Positions 14,061 through 26,609 of a DNA stretch of 64,000 nucleotides are shown here, in pieces. The translations under genes and the position numbers were made by a program. The notes under the pieces were generated by a model. That model had not been told where the DNA came from and ran no database searches. It was given only the letters and a program-made list of their open reading frames with translations. This stretch comes from Octopus vulgaris. Taxonomy: Eukaryota. Within the stretch, counting starts at the first letter, position 1; every line of letters starts with the position of its first letter. The DNA lies in the NCBI GenBank assembly GCA_951406725.2, contig OX597843.1:17794001-17858000 (forward strand). The letters run 5' to 3'.

Positions 14061-14299
14061 TATTTATATCAGTGTGCATCAAGTTATGCTCCTAAGTATG
14101 TGAAATGTCTCTCTCCGCGTTCTCTCTACCTTTCTAATTTCCTCTCCTTCTGTCTGTCTGTTTGTCAGTCCGTCTGTCTATTTGTCTGTCTGTCTGTCTC
14201 TGTTTATGTGTGTGGGCATCTAATTATGATTGTATGTCTGTGTAATGTTTCACTCTGTATCTTTGTTATATCATCATCATCATCATCATTTTCTATTCC

Positions 14300-14395
<96 letters not shown>

Positions 14396-14832
14396 CATCA
14401 TCATCATTATTATTATTAGCCATAATAATTGCTATTAATTTTTATTGTGGCATTTATGATCCTCCATAATATTTGTAGCAAAATGCTTGGCAGTATATTG
14501 TCCGTCCTTACGTTTTGATTTCAAATGCTGCCGAGGTCGACTTTGCCTTTCGTCCGTTCGGGAGTCGATAAAATTAGTACCAGTTGCACACTGGGGTCAA
14601 TGTAATCGACTTAATCCCTTCTAGCTCATGCTTGGTCTTATTCCTGATAGGAATTATGTGGGTAGCGGATTACTACCTGTAACCTTATGTATCCACAAGT
14701 TTCCAGGTGTTTTTTTAAGTGCTTAGAACCCTTCTGATAATCCTTGCTATCACCAAGAGTATCTTTCTGCAGAAACTCTACAACCTCTCTCAGCCATTTA
14801 TCTATATCTTGGCTTGTTGTTGTTGTTGTTGT

Positions 14833-14855
14833 TATTATTATTATTATTATTATTA

Positions 14856-14937
<82 letters not shown>

Positions 14938-15252
14938 TACTATTATTACTATTACTATTACTATTATTACTATTACTATTACTATTATTACTATTACTAT
15001 TACTATTACTATTATTACTATTACTATTATTACTATTACTATTATTACTATTACTATTATTATTATTACTATTACTATTACTATTATTACTATTACTATT
15101 ACTATTATTACTATTACTATTACTATTACTATTATTACTATTACTATTATTACTATTACTATTATTACTATTACTATTATTACTATTACTATTATTATTA
15201 TTACTATTACTATTACTATTATTACTATTACTATTACTATTATTACTATTAC

Positions 15253-15288
<36 letters not shown>

Positions 15289-15591
15289 TACTATTACTAT
15301 TACTATTACTATTATTACTATTACTATTACTATTATTACTATTACTATTACTATTATTACTATTACTATTACTATTATTACTATTACTATTACTATTATT
15401 ACTATTACTATTATTATTATTACTATTACTATTACTATTATTACTATTACTATTATTATTATTACTATTACTATTACTATTATTACTATTACTATTACTA
15501 TTATTACTATTACTATTACTATTATTACTATTACTATTACTATTATTACTATTACTATTACTATTATTACTATTACTATTATTACTATTAC

Positions 15592-15639
<48 letters not shown>

Positions 15640-15640
15640 G

Positions 15641-15705
<65 letters not shown>
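14833..15705. repeat. Compound (TAT)/(TAC) trinucleotide array, about 870 bp
   Basis: Direct reading. Confidence 0.95.
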
Positions 15706-15707
<2 letters not shown>

Positions 15708-16033
15708 TATGTTTGACTTTTGCTTTATATTTGTACAAGTTGGCTCCAAGTCTCACCCAGAGACCTCAAGAGACACCAGGTTGGAAGTTCACGTTGTTGT
15801 TATGCCTAGTGTGCCATATATTTGTTTTTGTTTTTTTTGGTGTTGTACTAGTGAATGTCTAAAAAAAATGTTTGTTTTAAAACTTGTTTTAAAATTACAT
15901 AGAAAGTATTTTGCGTAGGATAAGAGCAGTTCCCATGAGCACTATCTTTTGAATTTCTGCCATTTTGGGGTTTCCTGGTATCTGAGTTAGGTAGCAATAA
16001 GCCCCTTTTGCTATCATTCCCAGAGCACCTACA
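15706..16033 (-). mobile_element. Dong/R4-type LINE 3' end inside (TAA)n
   Basis: VGALGMIAKG...EIQKIVLMGTALILRKIL C-terminus typical of RLE-type LINEs, 3' UTR, (TAA)n on both sides. Confidence 0.8.
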
Positions 16034-16046
16034 TTATTATTATTAC

Positions 16047-16122
<76 letters not shown>

Positions 16123-16622
16123 GACTAAGAGAGCAGTGTATGCCATCAAAGTGACACTGGGGTACAAATATACGAAGCCCAATATACCCATCATGACTAC
16201 CCATCTGATGAGGGTACACCAGGCACATGCATCACAACCATATGTATGCGACACGGTGATCTCATATCAAGATAAACAGCACATGACCTTACAGGTGGGG
16301 CCCAGCTAGAATTTTCTCCAGGTCGAATGGCCTATCCTGTTCAAAAGGTCCCTGAGTAAGGATTGTGTAAGAATGTTGAACGAAACATCCAGGTTTCCAA
16401 AGGTGAATTATTCAAACCCCAAATGAATCCCTCTCAACACATCACTATGATGCTCCCCCACTACTTCTGCTCATGATCAGAGATGCACATATCGTCAGCC
16501 ACTAAGGGACATGCTCAACTGGTTATGGTCAAACAACTGACAAGCAAATCTGTGGTATTGAGCAGAATATTTGCTGTAGCCCATCTTTTATAGCAAGACA
16601 AAACAATGTACATGATAACACA
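16123..16622. mobile_element. Unclassified insert embedded in (TTA)n, probably a LINE fragment
   Basis: Complex sequence bounded on both sides by (TTA)n; no recognisable ORF. Confidence 0.4.
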
Positions 16623-16643
16623 TTATTATCATTATCATTATTA

Positions 16644-16851
<208 letters not shown>

Positions 16852-16856
16852 CATTA

Positions 16857-17277
16857 AGGCGGTAAGCTTGCAGAATCGTTAGCACGCCGGACGAAATACT
16901 TAGCCGTATTTCACCTGACGCTACGTTCTGATACAAATTCCACCGAGGTCAACTTTACCTTTCATCCTTTCAGGATCGATAAAATAAGTACCAGTGTTAC
17001 ACTGGGGTCAATGTACTCAACTCATCCCCTCCCCCAAAATGGCTGCCCTTGTGGCAAAACTTGAAATCATTATCTTTAAGGCAGTGAACTGACAGAATCG
17101 AGCGAAATACTTTGCGGTATTTCGCCCGTTCCGAGTTCAAATTCCGCCGAGGTCGACTTTGCTTTTAACCCTGGTGGGATCGATAGATTAAGTACCAGTG
17201 TTACACTGGAGTCAATACGAGCGACTAGCCCCGTCTCTCCCAAAATTTCAGGCCTTGTGCGTAAGTTGGAAAGGGTT
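16857..17277 (+). mobile_element. Two adjacent diverged SINE family 2 copies
   Basis: Two heads (16857, 17078), each with core and alternative GCCTTGTG tail. Confidence 0.8.
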
Positions 17278-17349
17278 ACTGTTGTTGTTGTTACCGTTTC
17301 CTTGTTATTTATTAATGGTAACATCACTACCACCATCATCATCCTTATG

Positions 17350-17392
<43 letters not shown>

Positions 17393-17394
<2 letters not shown>

Positions 17395-17800
17395 CTCTTT
17401 ACTCTTTTACTTCTTTCAGTCATTTGACTGCGGCCATGCTGGAGCACCACCTTTAACCGAGCAACTCGACCCCGGGACTTATTCTTTTGTAAGCCCAGTA
17501 CTTATTCTATCGATCTCTTTTGCCGAACCGCTAAGTTACGGGGACATAAACACACCAGCATCGGTTGTCAAGCAATGCTAGGGGCACAAACACAGACACA
17601 CAAACATATACACACACACATACATACATATATACGACGGGCTTCTTTCAGTTTCCGTCTACCAAATCCACTCACAAGGCTTTGGTCGGCCCGATGCTAT
17701 AATAGTAGAAGACATTTGCCCAAGGTGTCACGCAGTGGGACTGAACCCGGAACCATGTGGTTGGTAAACTAGCTCCTTACCACACAGCCACTCCTGCGCC
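17393..17800 (-). mobile_element. SINE family 1, full length
   Basis: Family consensus match. Confidence 0.9.
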
Positions 17801-18342
17801 TATATATATATAAAATCTATATATATATAAAATCTATTATTTATTATTATCGTTATTATCCATTTCCGTATTGCAGCGTTGTCCTGGGCTATAACATTAT
17901 TTTATCCACCTGGTTTTCATGGCCACTGCTACAGACGGAGTGTCAAGACCGGCCAACTTCGTCTCGTTTCTCTCTCAATATATTATTTTATCGCCTCTTC
18001 ATCACACGCGCCATTTTTATTTACGAGTTTGGCGGTCCGGATCACGTGATCCACGATCGACGACATGTCATAGTAACGACGATATTGTCCGTAAAACATG
18101 TTGCTTTCACCTAAGGCTAGGGTTGGTCAGTTCCCTTGTTTTCAGAGTCGTTCTGGACTGATGTGCGGCCTTGCTGGAGTTACGCCTTCGGCGGGTGGGG
18201 GTGAGCAGAAGGCGTGGTTTGTAGTTGATTATATCGTCTCCACCTCCATGAAATGGTTTTCCCCATATTCCACACACACGCACACACACACACGTACACA
18301 CACACACACACACGTACACACACACACACGTACACACACATA

Positions 18343-18375
<33 letters not shown>

Positions 18376-18475
18376 GTACACACACACACATGTACACACA
18401 CACATTGTCTGGACTGCAATTATAAATACGAGGGTAATACAACTTTTGTGTTGTGCATATATATATTTATAAATT

Positions 18476-18518
18476 TTATCTAGTTTCAGCTCACGAGCTG
18501 TGGCCATGCTGGGGCACC

Positions 18519-18555
<37 letters not shown>

Positions 18556-18601
18556 GGCGGTGCCCCAGCATGGCTACAGCTCGTGAGCTGAAACTAGATA
18601 A
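18476..18601. repeat. Head-to-head pair of 47-bp CR1-like LINE 3' tails around (TA)n
   Basis: Both arms match 53970-54016. Confidence 0.85.
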
Positions 18602-18701
18602 CATTTTTTTAAAAATAATAAATATATATATATATATATATGCGTACATACATATATGTATATGTATGTGTGTGTGCGTTACGTATATATTCACACGCAC
18701 G

Positions 18702-18735
<34 letters not shown>

Positions 18736-18790
18736 TGAATATTCATAATTATATTCTGTTGTGTCTGGGGAGAGTCATTTTCTTTTTGTG

Positions 18791-18829
18791 CCTATTGAAA
18801 AGGTTTCAAGACGCAACGAAAATTTTAGG
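18791..18829 (+). ncRNA. Minimal hammerhead-like motif with U3-A8 core, in fold-back 18751-18924
   Basis: ccta TTGAAAA g gtttc-aagac-gcaac GAAA at TT tagg; homolog at 50925-50961. Confidence 0.55.
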
Positions 18830-18999
18830 ACAATAAAAATAAGAAAAAATTGGAAATTTTACCGGTGAGTGTGTTACATAATAAGGCACAAAAAGAAAAT
18901 GACTCTCCCCAGACACTAGAATATGCTTCAACACACGAACTCATATAAAGAATCTTGCAAACCAAATCCCAAAACGAAATATTATAGTTATAATTATTA

Positions 19000-19322
19000 T
19001 TTAAGAAGTTGCACGGTATCCAATATCGTGATGTTGATTAAAGATATTGTGTCCACCGGGGGTTTGTACTGTTTGTCAAGTCACAACAAGGACCCCAGAC
19101 AGTCACTACTATGCGTGGAGTTCCAAGTAATGCCGATTTTTGCAAGGCGCCTAGATTGTAGGGTATTTTAAAAGTTTCCAGATGTTTTTTCAGATTGGGT
19201 GGTATGGAACCCAATGCTCCGATGACAACAGGGATAACCTTTATGTTCGTAGCTCTCACATCTTAGCAATCTCAATTCTCAGCTCTCCATATTTATCAAG
19301 CTTTTCTCTTTCTTTCATGATC
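19000..19322 (-). mobile_element. Dong/R4-type LINE 3' end
   Basis: KVIPVVIGALGSIP...LQKSALLGT; homologous to 41114-41461. Confidence 0.8.
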
Positions 19323-19948
19323 ATGGTTCCGGGTTCAGTCCCACTGCGTGGCACCTTGGGCAAGTGTCTTCTACTGGCCGACCAAAGCCTTGTGAGTGGA
19401 TTTGGTAGACGGAAACTGAAAGAAGCCCGTCGTATATATGTATGTATATACATATGTATATATATATACGTAATTTTAGCGGTTCTAAAATTAATAAGTT
19501 TCAAAATAAATTCCTTTCTAGAAGGTACTGGAATATCCTTCAATGATGAATTCCAAATGAATTAATCTTATGTATTGGCTTAAGTTTTTCATTGTATGAT
19601 TTGCCTAATAGTGGTTTTATCTCTAATTTAATATAATATAATATAATATATATATATATATATATTTCAACAATTGAGGGTAAAATTAATTAATTAATCA
19701 ATTTTACCAAGTATTCAGTATACAAAGGGACCATTTAAGGCGAATTCAAATTATTACATTATATAAAAGGGCTTAGTAAAATAAATTACTTTGCCGCATA
19801 CTGAACTCATTAGAAATAGCAGCTAAAAAAACTTTTTCAAAAACTATTTCCAATACTTAAAGAAAAACTCTCTCATATAGTGTTTGCTCAATTCAACTCA
19901 CAAAAGTATGGGGGTAGAGACATTAAAAAATCAAATGCAAAGGTTATT

Positions 19949-20001
19949 TGAGAACGTACGTTTCAAGATTAGTCAAAATCGACACTTCTATCATCAGCTC
20001 A
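19949..20001 (-). ncRNA. Type I hammerhead ribozyme, canonical core
   Basis: tgag CTGATGA t-aga...tct-t GAAA cgtacg TT ctca. Confidence 0.8.
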
Positions 20002-20542
20002 GAACTCCCTGGTTTGGATTTGAAAACACTGAAAGTGGGAGCATACCCTTTCGGCTTGTTATCACTTCAGAAGATCTGCTCAAAACTAACAGTGCCAGCA
20101 AATTCAAATATGCAAGCGAAGAATTTCTGCTCTCCCCTTTCCACCAGCGTGGGTTAAAATCAGCAAACACTATGCTTTTTTCGGTAAAATCCGAGGCATT
20201 ATATAGAGAGATATGAATTATAAGTTCAACAATTGAGGGTAAAATTAATTAATTAATCAATTTTACCAAGTATTCAGTATACAAAGGGACCATTTAAGGC
20301 GAATTCAAATTATTACATTATATAAAAGGGCTTAGTAAAATAAATTACTTTGCCGCATACTGAACTCATTAGAAATAGCAGCTAAAAAAACTTTTTCAAA
20401 AACTATTTCCAATACTTAAAGAAAAACTCTCTCATATAGTGTTTGCTCAATTCAACTCACAAAAGTATGGGGGTAGAGACATTAAAAAATCAAATGCAAA
20501 GGTTATTTATTAGGTTGTTTTCAAATCCAAACCAGGGAGTTC

Positions 20543-20595
20543 TGAGCTGATGATAGAAGTGTCGATTTTGACTAATCTTGAAACGTACGTTCTCA
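20543..20595 (+). ncRNA. Type I hammerhead ribozyme, canonical core
   Basis: Identical to 19949-20001 in the opposite orientation. Confidence 0.8.
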
Positions 20596-21102
20596 AATAA
20601 CCTTTGCATTTGATTTTTTAATGTCTCTACCCCCATACTTTTGTGAGTTGAATTGAGCAAACACTATATGAGAGAGTTTTTCTTTAAGTATTGGAAATAG
20701 TTTTTGAAAAAGTTTTTTTTAGCTGCTATTTCTAATGAGTTCAGTATGCGGCAAAGTAATTTATTTTACTAAGCCCTTTTATATAATGTAATAATTTGAA
20801 TTCGCCTTAAATGGTCCCTTTGTATACTGAATACTTGGTAAAATTGATTAATTAATTAATTTTACCCTCAATTGTTGAAATTATAATTCATCTCTCTCTA
20901 TATAATGCCTCGGATTTTACCGAAAAAAGCATAGTGTTTGCTGATTTTAACCCACGCTGGTGGAAAGGGGAGAGCAGAAATTCTTCGCTTGCATATTTGA
21001 ATTTGCTGGCACTGTTAGTTTTGAGCAGATCTTCTGAAGTGATAACAAGCCGAAAGGGTATGCTCCCACTTTCAGTGTTTTCAAATCCAAACCAGGGAGT
21101 TC

Positions 21103-21155
21103 TGAGCTGATGATAGAAGTGTCGATTTTGACTAATCTTGAAACGTACGTTCTCA
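21103..21155 (+). ncRNA. Type I hammerhead ribozyme, canonical core
   Basis: Identical copy exactly 560 bp after 20543. Confidence 0.8.
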
Positions 21156-21338
21156 AATAACCTTTGCATTTGATTTTTTAATGTCTCTACCCCCATACTT
21201 TTGTGAGTTGAATTGAGCAAACACTATATGAGAGAGTTTTTCTTTAAGTATTGGAAATAGTTTTTGAAAAAGTTTTTTTAGCTGCTATTTCTAATGAGTT
21301 CAGTATGCGGCAAAGTAATTTATTTTACTAAGCCCTTT

Positions 21339-21375
<37 letters not shown>

Positions 21376-21735
21376 AATAAGGTTCCCCTAGTAAACACAC
21401 TCATAGAAAAATCATACAAATATGAACACTGGCAGAAACACTTTCTACTCATATAAATGATAACGATAGTCACTGTGGTTTGAACAATTAGCTTTACGTC
21501 CACCCCACTGCTATAGAGAAATTCTTTCCTAAGCCTTCGAACATTCTTTCAATCAACGTACCCTTCCCCCTCCACTTGTTCCCTACCTATTATTCCTTTG
21601 ACCCTTCTCTTCCTACTATCTATCTTTGACGTCAATTCTTCTAACGTTTTTTTTAAAAAAAACATTCATTATCGCTTTGTTTACCATGTAGGCAGTCATC
21701 GAAATTTTTGTTTGTCTTGTTGTCGAAAGAGGCTC

Positions 21736-21828
21736 CCTTTCTTCCCTGATGAGAAGATTGCATAATGCACCCTTTATTCCTTTGAAATGAAAAAATGCTG
21801 TCTTCGAAACATATGTCGAGAGTAAAGG
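21736..21828 (+). ncRNA. Type I hammerhead ribozyme, canonical core, long stem II
   Basis: ccttt-cttcc CTGATGA gaaga...tcttc GAAA catatg TC gagag-t-aaagg; one stem I mismatch. Confidence 0.75.
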
Positions 21829-21869
21829 AATTTTGTTAACATCTTCGTTCGACTCCATTCTTTCATTTA

Positions 21870-21919
<50 letters not shown>

Positions 21920-22109
21920 CGTGTGTGTGTGTGTTTGTGTGTCTGTGTTTGTCCCCCTAGCATCTACTGAAAGTGAATTTAAGGAATGAAGTGTGGTGCG
22001 TTTTGACGTTTGGTCAGGAATTTCAAATAGTTTATAAATGCATACATACATACATAGATTCATGCATACATTTACATATTTAGCCATCAATCCATTCATC
22101 TTCCTATCC

Positions 22110-22169
<60 letters not shown>

Positions 22170-22236
22170 ACACACACAGAAACACACACACACTTACATA
22201 CATATATGCATGCATAAGGTTAGGCTGACATATATG

Positions 22237-22297
<61 letters not shown>

Positions 22298-22303
22298 ATA
22301 TAA

Positions 22304-22509
22304 GCAGGCGTGGCTGTGAAGTAAGGACCTTGCTTCTCAACCACATGGGTTCAGTCCCACTGCGTGGTACCTTGGGTAAGAGTCTCCTACTATAGCCTCG
22401 GGCCGACCCACGCCTTGTGAGTAGATTTGGTAGACGGAAACTGAAAGAAGCCTGTCGTATATATATATATATATATATATACGACAGTCTTCTTTATATA
22501 TATATATAC

Positions 22510-22546
<37 letters not shown>

Positions 22547-22665
22547 GATGTATGCTAGTGTATCTCTGTTTCACCCCTTACCAATGCTTGACAACCAATG
22601 TTGGTGTGTTTACGTCCCCGTAACTTAGTTGTTCGGCATATGAAACCGATGGAACAAGCATTAGG
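22304..22665 (+). mobile_element. SINE family 1, diverged
   Basis: Head and CORE 22304-22458; 3' part about 22545-22665. Confidence 0.75.
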
Positions 22666-22669
22666 TTTT

Positions 22670-23590
22670 GAACTATGAAGAATTTGTACCGGATTTTTGC
22701 AGAGTTTTTTATGTTTTTAAACCAAATTTTTGTAATTGTCTAATAATACAGACATAGACTTGCCCAAATGCATCAATAAATTAAAATTGATATTTTTTCA
22801 CCGTTGTTGCAATCGTCTTAAATGGAAATGTCAAAGCGCGATATTCGATATAAAAAAGGATGTAAACAGCTGAAACTGCTCACAATAGCAACGAAACATT
22901 TCATGAGGAAATAACCAGTGAGTGGTCGGCTTGAAAATGGTTTAAACTATTTCACAGTGGAGACACGAGCCTTGAAGATCGTGAGTGTAGTAGACGCCCG
23001 TCTGTCATCGACGACGGTCAATTGAAGACCGTCATTGAGAAAGACCCACGTAAAACCACTTGAGAACTTCAAGTCAGCCAGAAAACTGTCTGCAATCATT
23101 TGTATGCGATCGGAAAATCAGAAAAGCTCGACAAATGAGTACCACACGATTTGAATGAAAATCAGAAAATGTGAACTTATGAAATGTGCTCGTCGCTTCT
23201 TCGCCGAAACCAGACCGATCCATTTCTTGACCGTATTTGCGATGAAAAGTAGATTCTGTATAATAATAGAAAATGTTTTTTCGCAGTGGATGAACCCAAA
23301 TGAAGCACCGAAAAGCTTCCCTAAACCCGATCTCTTCAAAAAAGAGATTATGGTGAGTATTTAGTGATGTGCCGTTGGACTCATCCACTATAACTTATTA
23401 AAACCCAGAAAATCCATTACTGCAGAAACATATTACCAAGAAATTGCCAATATGAACGAAAAACTGCTACTCCTCTGTCTCAGACTGGTCAACAGAAGAG
23501 GGCCAATCATTCTTCATGACAATACTCGACCACACGTTTCACTAATGACGCTCCAGAAGTTGAGAGAACTTGGCTACGAACTTCTTACTT
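22670..23590 (+). pseudogene. Mariner (Tc1/mariner) transposase pseudogene, 3'-truncated
   Basis: Frameshifted motifs from ATG 22822: GDTSLED..RRPS, K*VPHDLNENQK (WVPH-like), FLDRI..DEK, IILHDNTRPH. Confidence 0.9.
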
Positions 23591-23619
23591 TCTACTCAGT
23601 CTGATACCAGGCTTCCAAA

Positions 23620-23877
23620 GAATAGTCCTGGGGTCGATTTGTTCGATTAAAGGCAGTGCTCCAGCATGGCCGCAGTCAAATGACTGAAACAAGTAAAAGA
23701 ATATAGAAATGTATATTTAGGCGCAGGCGTGGCTGTGTGGTAAGAAGCTTGCTTCTCAACTACATGGGTTCAGTCCCACTGCGTGGCACCTTGTGTAAGT
23801 GTCTTCTACTATAGCCATCGGCTGACCAAAGCCTTGTGAGTGAATTTGGTAGACGGAAACTGAAAGAAGCCTGTCGT
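23620..23877 (+). mobile_element. SINE family 1 tail followed by another SINE family 1 head
   Basis: Family match. Confidence 0.8.
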
Positions 23878-23879
23878 AT

Positions 23880-23935
<56 letters not shown>

Positions 23936-24098
23936 AATATTAGGGAATAAATCCAAATTTACAGGGAAAAATCAGATTTAGGATTGAATCCAATTTTATA
24001 GTAAAATATTATATTATATTAAATTAGAGACAAAACCACTATTATGCAAATCAAACAAAGAAAGACTTAAGCCAATACATAAATTAATTTATATAAAT

Positions 24099-24425
24099 TT
24101 AGTTCCTTATGGTGCTCAAGTTAAAACGAACATTATTAAAGAGATTTTAGATAATATCGAACTATTTATTCGAGATAATCGTAAATATAAAAACATTTTT
24201 TCTAGTAATAATTTTTGAGTAGGTTATTCCACCACTAATAGTGAAGGTAACATTATTTCTTCTTTTAACAAATTTAAACTGAATAATTTTTATAAAAATA
24301 AATTATTTAATAATACTAATAATAAAGATAAGACACTAATTAACTGTACATGTAGAGATAAATCTAAATGTAAATTAAATAATAAATGTGATATTAATGA
24401 TGTAGTGTATGAATGTATAGTTACA
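24099..24425 (+). pseudogene. Penelope-like element ORF fragment (post-RT region, Cys linker, start of GIY-YIG)
   Basis: LVPYGAQVKTNIIKEIL...KNIFSSNNF*VGYST...NIISSFN...NCTCRDKSKCKLNNKCDINDVVYECIV; one stop; flanked by inverted terminal pieces also seen near 19565 and 27140. Confidence 0.75.
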
Positions 24426-24499
24426 TTACATAAGAATTTTAAGAATATGTTTTATGTTTTTCATTGTTTGATTTGCCTAATAGTGGTTTTATCTCTAAT

Positions 24500-24569
<70 letters not shown>

Positions 24570-24768
24570 TTGTGTCTGTCTTTGACCCTCTGCCATCGCT
24601 TGGCAACCGATGTTGGTGTGTTAACATCTCCATAACTAGCGGGTCGGCAAAAGAGACTCATAGAATAAGCACTAAGCTTACAAAAAAATAAGTGCTAGGA
24701 TCGAACTGTCCAACAAAAGGCGGTGCTCCAGCATGGCTGCAGTCAGATGACTGAAGCAAAGAAAAGAA
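24570..24768 (+). mobile_element. SINE family 1, 3' half
   Basis: Family match. Confidence 0.75.
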
Positions 24769-24896
24769 CATACACACGCACGCACACACACACACACACA
24801 CACACATATACCCGAGTAAGCGCATAAATGCGAAACAAAGTGGAAAAATAGTACTCGAATACCAGGGGTAGAGTAATATGCTTTTTTAATAATGCT

Positions 24897-24996
24897 GCAA
24901 AAATATCACAAAAACTGTTACTCAGAGTTTCACGTTCCCGTTCGTTGACGAATGGGAACGTGAAACTCTGAGTAACAGTTTTTGTGATATTTTTGC
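24897..24996. repeat. 100-bp hairpin centred on a broken HHR core
   Basis: Arms of about 49 bp; right arm TTGACGA atgggaacgt GAAA ctc-t-gag TA acag. Confidence 0.8.
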
Positions 24997-25008
24997 TGCT
25001 TTTTAAAA

Positions 25009-25109
<101 letters not shown>

Positions 25110-25170
25110 CGTGTCTTTGACCTCGTGTTAATATATATCGTGCAGTTCGACAAATTATATTTTATGACGT

Positions 25171-25247
25171 ACTCCACCGATGATCTGAGGATTAATTATG
25201 TAAGTAAAATTGCATAATTTACTAACAGTGAAACAATTGTATGGGGT
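25171..25247 (+). ncRNA. Type I hammerhead ribozyme, U4C core variant
   Basis: actcca CCGATGA t-ctg...aattatgtaa/ttgcataatt...cag-t GAAA caattg TA tggggt. Confidence 0.75.
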
Positions 25248-25398
25248 TAATCTATATTTTTGTTATTTTTCATTTGTCCTGCTCGCTTACGTTCTTAGTG
25301 TGCTAAATTTTTCTTGAGAACAATTCTTAGTGGTTGAGTCCATTTGCGGATCTATATCTAGCGTAAGAGCGTCCACATAGTGGATTCTCTCTCATATT

Positions 25399-25456
<58 letters not shown>

Positions 25457-25551
25457 AATATGAGAGTGAATGTGACAAAATATGACCTCGTGTGTACCGT
25501 TGGCGATTTTTTTCCTCTGTCTTCCCTTCTCTGGATCTTTCCTTCTCCTAT

Positions 25552-25586
25552 GTTTCCGACGAAGAGCTCCGCTCGAAACGTTAAAC
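25552..25586 (+). ncRNA. Minimal hammerhead ribozyme, U4C core variant
   Basis: gttt CCGACGA a gagc-tcc-gctc GAAA cg TT aaac; distant relative of the 5148/60801 family. Confidence 0.7.
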
Positions 25587-25683
25587 CCTCCTTCTTTCCT
25601 TCTTTCCTGAGCGTCCCAAAATACTATATTTGTTCCACGTCTTCGCGTTGTTGTGTATTTTTGTGCTTTCTTGTTTGGATTAA

Positions 25684-25771
<88 letters not shown>

Positions 25772-25789
25772 ATGTATGTATATATGTAC

Positions 25790-25837
<48 letters not shown>

Positions 25838-25839
25838 GA

Positions 25840-26250
25840 AGAGATGGGCAGACTTCAAAAGCCTCTGGAAGGTCTTGCACGAATCTTTGGCATTTAAAAT
25901 TACGCAAACTGCAAAACGAGGCGTCACTTCATAGTGCCAAAAATCCCAGCATCACCATCAAAATAATACACAACCAGAAACTGCAACAGCCTGGGTTTCA
26001 AGGGCACCCAGCTCTTCAATATCCTTCGAAAATGCTTGAGAGACGGGCATGGTGTGGATATATGTGTCTTCAAAACAAAACTGGGACTCCTCCGGTCAAG
26101 GATTCCCGATGACCCAACGGCACGGCTAGAAGCAAAAATGTTCACCAAATGCCACATATCAGAGGCGATTTCAAATAATGGTGTAGCACAGCCAAAGGTG
26201 GTGCCCCAGCATGGCCAGAGTTTTAAATCTGAAACAATTTAAAGAATTTA
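25840..26250 (+). mobile_element. Diverged 3' fragment of the CR1-like LINE
   Basis: CNSLGFKGTQLFNIL...IPDDPT similar to the end of 53137-53943; GGTGCCCCAGCATGGCC tail. Confidence 0.8.
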
Positions 26251-26281
26251 AAGTACACCCACCACATACACACATATATAT

Positions 26282-26367
<86 letters not shown>

Positions 26368-26550
26368 ATATGTGTATATATATATATATTTATATATATG
26401 TATATATATGTGTGTGTATATATATTTATATATAAAATTATAAATTAGGGTACTACGTGCATGTATATGTATGTATACGTTCGTATATGTAAGTATTCGT
26501 ATGTTGTATTTATATATATATATATGTATTTATGTTTCTTTTCTGTGTGT

Positions 26551-26609
26551 ATTCTACTGACGAAGCAAAGCATTCCTAAATGCAAAGTCAGAAATCCAGG
26601 ATCTAGAAT
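26551..26609 (+). ncRNA. Type I hammerhead ribozyme, canonical core
   Basis: attcta CTGACGA ...gcatt/aatgc... GAAA tcc-a-gga TC tagaat; stem II base weak. Confidence 0.7.

Larger units (their letters stand above)
19666..21345. mobile_element. Tandem plus inverted array of a 560-bp HHR-bearing unit (retrozyme / PLE pLTR-like)
   Basis: Minus arm 19666-20224 + 20225-20508; plus arm 20516-20879 + 20880-21345; near-identical copies; (TA)n on both flanks. Confidence 0.85.

Noticed and set aside
14638-15918. Long ORFs (275-399 aa poly-Y, -I, -L)
   Set aside because: Translations of the TAT/TAC array.
16200-16230. CTGATGAG motif
   Set aside because: No downstream GAAA or stems.
19884-21220. Duplicated 110-aa ORF
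   Set aside because: Non-ATG start, antisense to the HHR, duplicated only because of the inverted array; no recognisable domain.
24214-24220. In-frame TGA in the PLE fragment as selenocysteine
   Set aside because: Not at an evident Cys position, no SECIS seen; simple CGA/AGA-to-TGA decay is likelier.
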